Positions 30,060-38,440 of a stretch of DNA of 64,000 nt are shown here, in pieces (position 1 is the stretch's first letter; the number at the start of each line of letters is the position of its first letter). This DNA comes from a bacterium. GTDB taxonomy: Bacteria; Patescibacteriota; Minisyncoccia; UBA6257; WO2-44-18. The DNA is taken from contig JAHFLQ010000001.1 in the NCBI GenBank assembly GCA_023244815.1, positions 31,037-95,036 of the forward strand, written 5' to 3'. The notes beneath the pieces are model-generated. The model did no database searches. It was given only the letters and a program-made list of their open reading frames with translations, and had not been told where the DNA came from. A program made the translations under genes and the position numbers.

Positions 30060-30197
30060 ATGTCTTATTTCAGACTAATCCTGGCAATGGCTTTGATAGT
30101 GTTCGCGGTTTTTGCCTTACATAAATACACCCCGGATATGGTTCAGGGCGCACAGTTACTGTCGGCCGTGATATTTAACGTTATTTCCTCTCGGTAA
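30060..30197 (+). CDS. possible small membrane protein (45 aa)
   Basis: MSYFRLILAMALIVFAVFALHKY...; AAGGTGG upstream; below the ORF-track length cutoff. Confidence 0.4.
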   Translation: MSYFRLILAMALIVFAVFALHKYTPDMVQGAQLLSAVIFNVISSR

Positions 30198-31215
30198 GCC
30201 TCACTTTCACGTTCAGCATTTTTTTGCCGCGCAATAATTTGAAGTTCAGAATATCGCCCACCTCTTTTTCTTCTAAAATATCCTGGATAGTGTGCCTGTC
30301 GGTAATGGGCGTGCTGTCACATTCTAAAATAATATCCTTTTCTTTTAGGCCGGCTTTATGCGCGGGACTTCCTGGTATGACGCCCGGTGTATGTGGCTGT
30401 TGGCCGAAAACCATCGCGCCGTGGTCTGTCGACAGCTTCATTCTGGCTTTCATATTTTCATCAATCGTCAGGTAGCGCACGCCTAACAAAGGGCGTTTAA
30501 TCCGGCCAAATTGTTTGAGATCGCCCAGATCCCTCTTGGCATAGTTAATCGGAATAGCAAAGCCTAGATTTTGCGCTCCGAAGACAATAGCCGCGTTAAT
30601 GCCGATGGCTTTTCCGTCCAGCGTTACCAACGGACCGCCAGAGTTACCCGGATTAATAGCGGCATCCGTTTGAATCAATCCGCGAAGTTCCTGTGGCGCA
30701 ACCATTGGCGCGGTGGCCGCTCGGATTGATCTGGAGAGTCCAGAAATAATACCCACGGACACGGTATTTTTGAAAATACCAAGCGCGTTGCCGATGGCCA
30801 GCACTTGCTCTCCTAGTTCCAAATGGCCGGACTCTCCAAGTTCCACAATCGGCAGATTTTTACCGCTGATTTTAAGGATAGCTACGTCGTCCACCGGATC
30901 GCGCGCTAATACCTCGGCCTTATATTTTTTGTCGTTATTAGCAATAACGGTGTATTCAGCGTTGGGATCAACTACCACGTGCTTATTGGTTAAGATAATG
31001 CCGTTGGGGTCAACGACGAATCCAGAGCCGCCGCCGATTTTTACCATTCCGTGCGCGTCTATTTCTTCTTCCGGAATATCCAGGTGCGGATGGCCGTACG
31101 GTAAAAATGGCAAAACCTCTGGTGGGATTTCTTTTTCAATCGCCTCTAGGCTTTTAGAAATAACGATTGATACTACGGCCGGCATCACTTTTTTAATAGT
31201 TTCTTTAATATTCAT
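30181..31215 (-). CDS. HtrA/DegP-like trypsin serine protease with PDZ domain
   Basis: GSGFVV, TNKHVV, DDVAIL, TDAAINPGNSGGP, C-terminal PDZ. Confidence 0.92.
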   Translation of the reverse strand: MNIKETIKKVMPAVVSIVISKSLEAIEKEIPPEVLPFLPYGHPHLDIPEEEIDAHGMVKIGGGSGFVVDPNGIILTNKHVVVDPNAEYTVIANNDKKYKAEVLARDPVDDVAILKISGKNLPIVELGESGHLELGEQVLAIGNALGIFKNTVSVGIISGLSRSIRAATAPMVAPQELRGLIQTDAAINPGNSGGPLVTLDGKAIGINAAIVFGAQNLGFAIPINYAKRDLGDLKQFGRIKRPLLGVRYLTIDENMKARMKLSTDHGAMVFGQQPHTPGVIPGSPAHKAGLKEKDIILECDSTPITDRHTIQDILEEKEVGDILNFKLLRGKKMLNVKVRLTERK

Positions 31216-31269
31216 ACTATCAATTATATCATAGACTGTTTTTTCAAATAAAAAGGCCTGATGCACATC

Positions 31270-31400
31270 TGGTCAAATCCGCCCGCTGCGGCAGACGGCT
31301 CGCAGCCCGCCCCTCGCTCATTTGCCTGCTGGCAAATTTCGCTGCGGTCTTCAAACCGCTCCTGGGCGTAATTTAATACGATCCCGCAAGCGGGATGAGA
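31270..31400 (-). repeat. tRNA-Leu-linked structured element (partial)
   Basis: Inverted T-arm/3' copy TTCAAACCGCTCCTGGGC near 31350-31367; hairpins ATTTGCCTGCTGGCAAAT and ATCCCGCAAGCGGGAT. Confidence 0.55.
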
Positions 31401-31406
31401 TTTTTG

Positions 31407-31488
31407 TGCCCAGGAGAGGATTTGAACCTCCATGCCTTTCGGCGCTACCACCTCAAGGTAGTGCGTCTGCCAGTTTCGCCACCTGGGC
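31407..31488 (-). tRNA. tRNA-Leu(GAG)
   Basis: GCCCAGGTGGCGAAACTGGCAGACGCACTACCTTGAGGTGGTAGCGCCGAAAGGCATGGAGGTTCAAATCCTCTCCTGGGCA. Confidence 0.95.
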
Positions 31489-31522
31489 TTACCAGCTAAT
31501 GTACCAAGAAAAAACCGCCTTG

Positions 31523-31882
31523 TTAAGCGGCGGTTTTTTCTTCGCTGGCGGCTTGATTTGAGGCAACACCCAGCTTTTGCCGGGTTTCTTTTTTTGAAAG
31601 CTCGCGCACATAGTAAAGTTTAGCTCGGCGAACTTTTTTAGGAGAATTTAGGACATCCACCTTTTCAATTCGGGTAGAATGGACCGGATAAATCTTTTCC
31701 ACTCCGACACCGGCAACTATGGCGCGCACGGTGAAAGTGGCACCTTTTTCAGAGCCGTGTTTGCGGGCGAGCACAAGACCTTCAAAGCGGCTCAAGCGCT
31801 CCTTTTCTCCTTCTTTAATTTTTTCCCAGACCCGGACGTTGGCGCCCGGCTTAATCTTCTCCAAAACTTGAGCGGGAATCAT
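31523..31882 (-). CDS. rplS: 50S ribosomal protein L19
   Basis: KIKEGEKERLSRFEG, TFTVR, GVGVEKIYP, KVRRAKLYY. Confidence 0.95.
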   Translation of the reverse strand: MIPAQVLEKIKPGANVRVWEKIKEGEKERLSRFEGLVLARKHGSEKGATFTVRAIVAGVGVEKIYPVHSTRIEKVDVLNSPKKVRRAKLYYVRELSKKETRQKLGVASNQAASEEKTAA

Positions 31883-31942
31883 GTGAAATATATTAATCTT
31901 TTTCTCTGAAAAACGCAACTATCGGAGTATAATTACTTTATA

Positions 31943-33058
31943 ATGCGTATTTTAGCTGACATCCGTTTATTGAGCCGCGGAGGCGTTTCCGGAATAGAAG
32001 AATACACACGGAATTTGTTGACGTCTTTATTGGCGCTGGACAAGGAAAATCGGTACACGCTATTTTATAACGGACTTAGGAAGCTTCCGCTGGCCAGTCA
32101 ACTGCCGGCTGTTGGTTATCAGAATATCGCTGTTATAGACCGACGGATACCCAACAAAATTTTTGATTTCAGCGTAAAATTTTTGAATTTTCCCGCGGTC
32201 GACCGGTTTATGGAAGCTGACGTTGTTTTCAGCCCGCACTTCAATATTCTTAAGACCGCTAAGCCCCGCGTGATCACCTTTCACGACCTTTCCTTTTTGC
32301 ATCATCCTTATTTTTTCTCGCGCCGGCAAAAATTTTGGCATTGGATGCAGGATGTCCGGCGACAGGCGGCTGAGGCGGCGAAAATTATCGCCGTATCTGA
32401 GTTTACGAAAAGCGATCTGGTGAATTTATTGGGTGTGCCGTCGGAAAAAGTTGAGGTTATTTACTCGGGTATTTCTCCGGAATTTAAACATCTGACGCGT
32501 CCCATGCTCCACGATGCGCGTCCCTATATCTTGTATTTAGGAACATTAGAACCGCGGAAAAACGTTGCCGCCATCATCAGGGCTTTCAATGTTATAAAAA
32601 CTTATCCGGAGTTTAGCGATTGGCAATTAGTGCTGGCCGGGCGGCCGGGCTGGCTTTATGAGAACATTAACCGGGAAGTTAAGGCGTCGCCTTATGGCGC
32701 GGATATAGTATTCGCGGGATCGGTGAAAACCGAAGACCGGGTTTTGTTATATAATTTAGCTAAGGTTTTCGTTTACCCGTCTTTTTTTGAGGGTTTCGGA
32801 TTTCCGCCGCTGGAAGCGCAGGCTTGCGGATGTCCCGTGGTGGCTTCTGACCGCACTTCACTTCCGGAAACGCTGGGGGAGAGCGCGCTTTTGGTAAATC
32901 CTTGGAAAATAGAGGAGTTGGCCGAAGCCATTCGAGAAGCGGCGCTAAATCAAAAGACCAGAGCGCACCTGATCGAAGCCGGCGCCAAAAACGTGGCGCG
33001 ATTTAATTGGGCGAAGGCCGCCGGAGAAACCTTAAAAGTTTTACAAAAACTTGCCTAA
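31943..33058 (+). CDS. glycosyltransferase family 4 (group 1)
   Basis: TFHDL, GTLEPRKN, YPSFFEGFGFPPLEAQACG. Confidence 0.93.
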   Translation: MRILADIRLLSRGGVSGIEEYTRNLLTSLLALDKENRYTLFYNGLRKLPLASQLPAVGYQNIAVIDRRIPNKIFDFSVKFLNFPAVDRFMEADVVFSPHFNILKTAKPRVITFHDLSFLHHPYFFSRRQKFWHWMQDVRRQAAEAAKIIAVSEFTKSDLVNLLGVPSEKVEVIYSGISPEFKHLTRPMLHDARPYILYLGTLEPRKNVAAIIRAFNVIKTYPEFSDWQLVLAGRPGWLYENINREVKASPYGADIVFAGSVKTEDRVLLYNLAKVFVYPSFFEGFGFPPLEAQACGCPVVASDRTSLPETLGESALLVNPWKIEELAEAIREAALNQKTRAHLIEAGAKNVARFNWAKAAGETLKVLQKLA

Positions 33059-34997
33059 AAAATTTTTAGACATAAAACATCCGCACTATAAAGCGCCGAC
33101 GCCGCGGATGGTTAGAATTCCGCTGAATTTGCCGTATATTCCCATCGGCCAAACCAACGCCAATTTCAGGAGAAGAATCCATGCCCTACTGCCGCTGGCG
33201 GTTTTTTTGATTGTGCTGGGGATATTTGGTTTCAGCGCCTTACGTTTTAAAGAACGCGCCGCCGATTCGGCGCCGAAAATTTACGCCGACTTCAAGGCCG
33301 GAGCGCAAGCGCTTTTCGGTTTTAATCTTAGTCAAGCGGAATCTTATTTCAATTCAGCCAATCGCCAGTTGGGAGAGTTGAGCGCGCAATCTCCCATCAA
33401 GACAGTGCCGGCGATTCTGAACACGCTTTTTCAGTTCAGCCAAAAAGCGTCCGAGTTGAGTTCGGAATTGGCTGATTTGCAAAGTAATGGTTTGGCAATG
33501 ATGCTTGGTAAAAAAGGCGCGTCTTTAATCCAAAAATTCCATAACGTCCAAAACCAGCTGACGGATATCGGGAATACAACCAAAGATTTGAAAGGGCAGG
33601 CGGGTAAATTTGGTTATAATTCAGGATCAGTATTTGGTGATTTAGACGTCAAATTGTCAGATGCGGACCAATTTTTAACCGCATTCTTAAATTGGCTGGA
33701 AACCCCTAAGAAACAGAGGTTACTGATACTCTTTCAGAATCCATCCGAAATGCGTCCGGGCGGAGGATTTATCGGCAGTTATGGTGTGGCCACCTTATTT
33801 CAAGGTAGCTTACTTGATGTTCAGACCCGAGATATTTACGACCCGGACGGGCAGTTGGGGATAAAGGTAATTCCACCTAAACCCCTCCAGGGCGTTACCG
33901 ACAGGTGGGGCGCTCGCGACGCCAACTGGTTTTTCGATTTTCCGACTTCCGCCAGAAAAGTTTTGGAATTTTTAGAGGCTTCCAAAATTTACAGCGAGCA
34001 AGGAATTAAATTCAGCGGCGCGGTAGCGGTGAATGTTGAGCTGATTAAGGATATTCTGGACGTTATCGGGCCGGTAGAGCTTACAAACTATAAATTAACA
34101 ATTACCAGCGCCAATTTTTTGTCGGAAGTTCAGCGAGAAGTTGAGGCTGGCGGCGATAAAACCAAAGGAGAGCCTAAGCGGATTTTGAAAGTGCTGACAC
34201 CGGTAATTTTTGACCGGCTGGCCGGATTAAACGCGGAAAAACGGCAGGATTTGTTCTCGAAATTTTCTCAGCGCTTCGCCAGCAAAGATATTATGGCCTA
34301 CTTTCAGGATAAAACCATCGAAGACTATCTGAAAAAACTTAATGCCGCTGGGGAAGTGGCGCGATTGCCGGAGAACTTTTTTGGAGATTATCTGGCGGTA
34401 GTGAATGCCAGTGTGGGCGGTGGAAAGAGCGATGCCTTCATCGATCAGAAAATCAATCTGATTAGCAGATTAGAAAGTGATGGCCGGATTCATAATCTAC
34501 TCTCGATTACTCGGGCGCACAATGGCGACAAAGAAAAAGACTGGTGGTACCGCTCTACCAATCATGATTATATTCAAGTTTACGCCCCACCGGGCGCCAA
34601 TTTATTGAAAATCAAGGGTGCGGACGCGAAAACTATCAAACCTTTAATTAGTTATGCCGGGAAAGGGTTCTCCATTGATCCGGATTTATCAGCTATTGAA
34701 AAATTCGCTTCCGCCTTTGGTAAAACCGTTTTTACAACTTGGCTGGACACCAAAGCCGGCGGGACGAAAGAGGTCTTTTTCGATTACTACAGCCCATACC
34801 AGTTTAATTTTCACCCGGGCCCCTACCAGTTTATTTTTGAAAAGCAGTCAGGAGCAAAGGGAGAGTTAAGTATTAATCTGGAAGCGCCCGCCGGTTTTAA
34901 ATGGAAAGAAAGCCAATCGCCTAGCTTCACTTATTCAATACGGGATTTGCCAGGGCGACTAATACTTGATTTAAATCTCGAGGCAATTCCGCGGTGA
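33051..34997 (+). CDS. DUF4012 domain-containing protein
   Basis: N-terminal TM; LILFQNPSEMRPGGGFIGSY, RDANWFFDFPTSA, GGGKSD. Confidence 0.82.
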   Translation: MPKKFLDIKHPHYKAPTPRMVRIPLNLPYIPIGQTNANFRRRIHALLPLAVFLIVLGIFGFSALRFKERAADSAPKIYADFKAGAQALFGFNLSQAESYFNSANRQLGELSAQSPIKTVPAILNTLFQFSQKASELSSELADLQSNGLAMMLGKKGASLIQKFHNVQNQLTDIGNTTKDLKGQAGKFGYNSGSVFGDLDVKLSDADQFLTAFLNWLETPKKQRLLILFQNPSEMRPGGGFIGSYGVATLFQGSLLDVQTRDIYDPDGQLGIKVIPPKPLQGVTDRWGARDANWFFDFPTSARKVLEFLEASKIYSEQGIKFSGAVAVNVELIKDILDVIGPVELTNYKLTITSANFLSEVQREVEAGGDKTKGEPKRILKVLTPVIFDRLAGLNAEKRQDLFSKFSQRFASKDIMAYFQDKTIEDYLKKLNAAGEVARLPENFFGDYLAVVNASVGGGKSDAFIDQKINLISRLESDGRIHNLLSITRAHNGDKEKDWWYRSTNHDYIQVYAPPGANLLKIKGADAKTIKPLISYAGKGFSIDPDLSAIEKFASAFGKTVFTTWLDTKAGGTKEVFFDYYSPYQFNFHPGPYQFIFEKQSGAKGELSINLEAPAGFKWKESQSPSFTYSIRDLPGRLILDLNLEAIPR

Positions 34998-35640
34998 ATT
35001 TTTCATGTTTTCTGTTCGGCAGGTCGAGCTCCAGGGATTGGGCATGCAGAAATAATCTTTTGATGCCCGGAGGCAGTTCTCGTTGGCTGTATAGCCGGTC
35101 GCCGACGACCGGATGTTTAACCGATGCCAGATGAACGCGGATTTGGTGGGTACGGCCGGTGAGTGGTTCAACTTCAATCAAGCTGTATAGTCCCAGCTCT
35201 TTCTTTACCCGGTAAATAGTCTTAGCCTCTTTAACCATTTTTGTATTTTCGTCGATTTTTACCGTACGCTTCAGAGTGCCGCTCTTGATGCCTATCGGTT
35301 TTTCGATGATGCCGGAGCGCATTTCGAATTTTCCCCAGACCAGCGCGAGGTAATTTTTCTTGACGTGGCGATTTTGGAACTGTTTTTTTAGAAATTCAAA
35401 AGCCTTTTGAGTTTTGGCGACCACCATCGCGCCGGAAGTTTCTTTGTCGAGGCGATGGACAATGCCCGGGCGATTGGCCGGGTCATCGCCGACAGTTTTT
35501 ATTTTTGGATATTTTTTGGTCAGCCAAGCTACCAGCGTGTCTTTAGAGGGGTACGCCTTAATCGGATGAACTAAAAGCCCGGCCGGTTTATTGATAACCA
35601 GGATGTCCTTATCTTCGTAAATTATTTTCGGCTGGGTCAT
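34927..35640 (-). CDS. RluA family pseudouridine synthase
   Basis: INKPAGLLVHP, VHRLDKETSG, TGRTHQIRVH, LFLHA. Confidence 0.94.
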   Translation of the reverse strand: MTQPKIIYEDKDILVINKPAGLLVHPIKAYPSKDTLVAWLTKKYPKIKTVGDDPANRPGIVHRLDKETSGAMVVAKTQKAFEFLKKQFQNRHVKKNYLALVWGKFEMRSGIIEKPIGIKSGTLKRTVKIDENTKMVKEAKTIYRVKKELGLYSLIEVEPLTGRTHQIRVHLASVKHPVVGDRLYSQRELPPGIKRLFLHAQSLELDLPNRKHEKFTAELPRDLNQVLVALANPVLNK

Positions 35641-35692
35641 TTAAATATTAATAAGGAAATCCCACACATTGATTATGTGTGGGATGTTGAGT

Positions 35693-36235
35693 TTACACAA
35701 TCGCCGCGGCTTCGAGCAGGCTTTTCACCACGAAATCGGCATTCTGATTGGCCTCGGTGTTATCCCGGTTGTAGGGCCGGCGGATCAGAATCGTTTTACA
35801 GCCCGCCCGCTTACCAGCGAGCACATCATTTTCCGTGTCGCCGATCATAAAAGATTCAGCGAGATTGAGGTTGAGATTATCTTCAGCGTCTTTGAGCATT
35901 CCCGGCAAGGGTTTTTTGCGTGGACAGCCGTCTTTCTTGCCATGTCTGCAAATATATATCGCATCAGGTTTAACTTCTTTCATCGCGATGTCTTGGATTT
36001 CCTGCCAGCGTTCCTCGGTAATATTTCCATAAGTCACGTCGGGTTGGTTAGTAACTATAACAATCAGATAACCGAAATCGCGGAAAATTTTTAACGCTTC
36101 GCCCAAAGAAGGTTCAAAATTTATTTCATTTACATACCACGGCGACCAAGCCGTTGCATGATTTCTAATTTCTGGCCTAGATACGGCCCTAATCACGGTG
36201 CCGTCTCGATCCAGAAAAATTGCTCGGTTTGTCAT
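35693..36235 (-). CDS. HAD-IIIA hydrolase (GmhB/HisB-N-like phosphatase)
   Basis: FLDRDGT, VTNQP, CxH...C-RKKP.PGM, MIGD...DVLAG. Confidence 0.88.
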   Translation of the reverse strand: MTNRAIFLDRDGTVIRAVSRPEIRNHATAWSPWYVNEINFEPSLGEALKIFRDFGYLIVIVTNQPDVTYGNITEERWQEIQDIAMKEVKPDAIYICRHGKKDGCPRKKPLPGMLKDAEDNLNLNLAESFMIGDTENDVLAGKRAGCKTILIRRPYNRDNTEANQNADFVVKSLLEAAAIV

Positions 36236-36292
36236 AGAGCACCTCCGTCAAAGTTCTGTTGCTAGATTAACATAAAAGTTAAACATTTTGTA

Positions 36293-36458
36293 GTGCGCCC
36301 TGCGGGAAATCTCACTCGGCGCTTCGCGCCTCTTTAAAACCCAGCGGTTTTAATGTTTCCGCCACGGGAAAACTACCGTTTTCCCGACCCCTTTCCCGTT
36401 CGATCCCAGCAGGAAATACATAGAAATATAAAAGACCTTAACAAGGTCTTTTATATTT
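36293..36458 (-). repeat. tRNA-Val-linked structured element
   Basis: Direct 3'-end copy GTGCGCCCTGC-GGGA at 36293. Exact inverted T-arm copy GTTCGATCCCAGCAGG at 36398-36413. Internal hairpins and terminator 36424-36458. Confidence 0.78.
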
Positions 36459-36459
36459 G

Positions 36460-36531
36460 TGCGCCCTGCTGGGATCGAACCAGCGGCCTTTTCAATGTCA
36501 ATGAAACGCTCTACCACTGAGCTAAGGGCGC
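36460..36531 (-). tRNA. tRNA-Val(GAC)
   Basis: GCGCCCTTAGCTCAGTGGTAGAGCGTTTCATTGACATTGAAAAGGCCGCTGGTTCGATCCCAGCAGGGCGCA. Confidence 0.95.
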
Positions 36532-36618
36532 AATAGGCAAATAAGAAAGAACTGATAAAATTATACATAATTTTATGTCTACGGCAAATAAAAACCGCCC
36601 CGATGTACGTCGGAACGG

Positions 36619-37182
36619 TTACTTTTTTCTTGGCCAGAAAATCAAGATTGCAATTGCGCAGTCGAAAGCGAACACGCAAATTGGGTAGACAGCGATGGCG
36701 AATAACCATCTTTCCACCGCGAAGAGATTAGCGCCGCAGGAAAATAAGAAGAGCATCCAGGCCAGCCGGCTTTCTCCCGACGGATCCAGATAAACTTTTC
36801 TTATGGTCGGGATTGTGCCTAGCGCCATAATCAAGATATTGACCAACAGAGCGGCAAGGGAGTTAAGGGCAAGCCACAGGGCGACACTGATTGCAGCGCC
36901 AACCAGGCAGCCGATATCCAAAGGAGCCCAGGACTTCTCGCCGTATTTCACCGATAGCATAGCCACAGTTGACGCCCCAACCATAAAGGCAATCGGCACC
37001 CAAAGCGTACTTCTTGCTCCCGCGCCAAAGTAACTGCCAACCACCAGGATATCAATCGTCGCCCAGATAAGCCAGGTTGCTTTGCTTGGCCTGGTCTGTT
37101 TGCGCAGGATTGCGACAATGTACGGTATGTATCCGGCTATTGCTAACGCGCCAGCAATCTTACCGGCAAAATCAGTGAGCAT
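36619..37182 (-). CDS. multi-TM membrane protein (PQ-loop/SWEET-like internal repeat)
   Basis: GYIPYIVAIL...TRPS..TW and IPTIRKVY.DPSGES..AW repeats. Confidence 0.65.
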   Translation of the reverse strand: MLTDFAGKIAGALAIAGYIPYIVAILRKQTRPSKATWLIWATIDILVVGSYFGAGARSTLWVPIAFMVGASTVAMLSVKYGEKSWAPLDIGCLVGAAISVALWLALNSLAALLVNILIMALGTIPTIRKVYLDPSGESRLAWMLFLFSCGANLFAVERWLFAIAVYPICVFAFDCAIAILIFWPRKK

Positions 37183-37295
37183 GGCACCACCTTCTTTAAA
37201 GATCGTTAATTCAAAGAACAGCTGAACTATACAAAAAAATTACAAAAAGTCAAAAAATAAAAACCGCCAATCAAATTAGCGATTTTTATTTTTTG

Positions 37296-37377
37296 TGCCG
37301 AGGGCGGGAGTCGAACCCGCATGCCGTAAGGCGCACGATTTTGAGTCGTGTGCGTCTGCCAGTTCCGCCACCTCGGC
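37296..37377 (-). tRNA. tRNA-Leu(CAA)
   Basis: GCCGAGGTGGCGGAACTGGCAGACGCACACGACTCAAAATCGTGCGCCTTACGGCATGCGGGTTCGACTCCCGCCCTCGGCA. Confidence 0.95.
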
Positions 37378-37435
37378 TTTTTAAGATGAACTACTAATAA
37401 TTTAAGCGATTTTATAGTAAAATGGAAGAGTTATG

Positions 37436-37566
37436 CCCGGTGCTACAACTTCGACACTATTCTTTTTTGAAGTTCGCGCGAGGCATGCTATTTTAATCAA
37501 AATCATGAAAAGTCGCTTATTCCGGCGAGTTGGCGCCAACTCGCAGTCGAAGTTGTAGCAACCGGG
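37436..37566. mobile_element. MITE-like element (131 bp) with about 20-bp TIRs and TATG target duplication
   Basis: CCCGGTGCTACAACTTCGAC ... GTCGAAGTTGTAGCAACCGGG. TATG at 37432-37435 and 37567-37570. Confidence 0.75.
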
Positions 37567-37567
37567 T

Positions 37568-38440
37568 ATGCAGGAACACGATCTGCCTGTTCAAGGACCG
37601 GTATTCTTAATAGAAGTAGATAAGATATTGCCAAACCCGCAGCAACCGCGGCGGGATTTTGATGAAAATGCCTTGAAAGAGCTGGCGGCGTCCATCAGGG
37701 AATTCGGTATTCTCCAGCCGATTGTGGTTACCAAACTGGAAGAGATAAAAGAAGCCGGAACCGATGTTAAATATATTCTTGTTGCCGGTGAACGGCGGTG
37801 GCGGGCGGCTCAAATGGTAGGAATGGAACGCATTCCAGCGGTTATTAGAAGCGTGAATCTTGCCAAGGACCGTTTGGAGCTGGCGATTATTGAGAACGTT
37901 CAGCGGGAAAACTTAAACGCAATAGAAGCGGCGCGGGCCTACGCGAGACTTGCCGATGAATTTGGACTGACGCAGAGGGAAGTAGCCGCGCGTCTCGGTA
38001 AGAGTCGAGAAGTCATTGCTAACACCATCCGGCTTCTCAGTCTGCCAACAGCAATTCAGGATGCCATCGCGAAGAGCCAAATCAGTGAGAGCCAGGGGCG
38101 GCTTTTGTTGACCGTGCCTGATCTTGCTCAGCAACAGGCCTTATTTGAAGATCTTTTGCGCAGCACAATGAGCGTGCGTGAGTTACGAAGCCGTATCCAG
38201 TCCATCCAAAAACCGGCGCAGAGTCCATCTGCTATTCCTGTTATCAGCGTTGTTGATTCGGAAACGCTTTCTCTGCAGCGCGAGCTTGAAGGAGCGCTCG
38301 GCGCTCCCGTAAAAGTGGAGCATGCCGGTGAAACCGGAAAACTAATTATCACTTTTTATTCGCCGGAGGAGTTGAAGGGTATTGTCGACCGTCTGAAAGG
38401 CACTACACAAACCGATAGCTTGCCTCCCTTATCTCTTTAA
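37568..38440 (+). CDS. parB: ParB/Spo0J family partition protein
   Basis: PNPQQPR, GILQPIVV, VAGERRWRA, ENVQRENL, HTH. Confidence 0.93.
   Translation: MQEHDLPVQGPVFLIEVDKILPNPQQPRRDFDENALKELAASIREFGILQPIVVTKLEEIKEAGTDVKYILVAGERRWRAAQMVGMERIPAVIRSVNLAKDRLELAIIENVQRENLNAIEAARAYARLADEFGLTQREVAARLGKSREVIANTIRLLSLPTAIQDAIAKSQISESQGRLLLTVPDLAQQQALFEDLLRSTMSVRELRSRIQSIQKPAQSPSAIPVISVVDSETLSLQRELEGALGAPVKVEHAGETGKLIITFYSPEELKGIVDRLKGTTQTDSLPPLSL

Noticed and set aside
37524-37545. Palindrome upstream of parB as parS
   Set aside because: It does not resemble the TGTTTCACGTGAAACA consensus and lies inside the MITE-like element.
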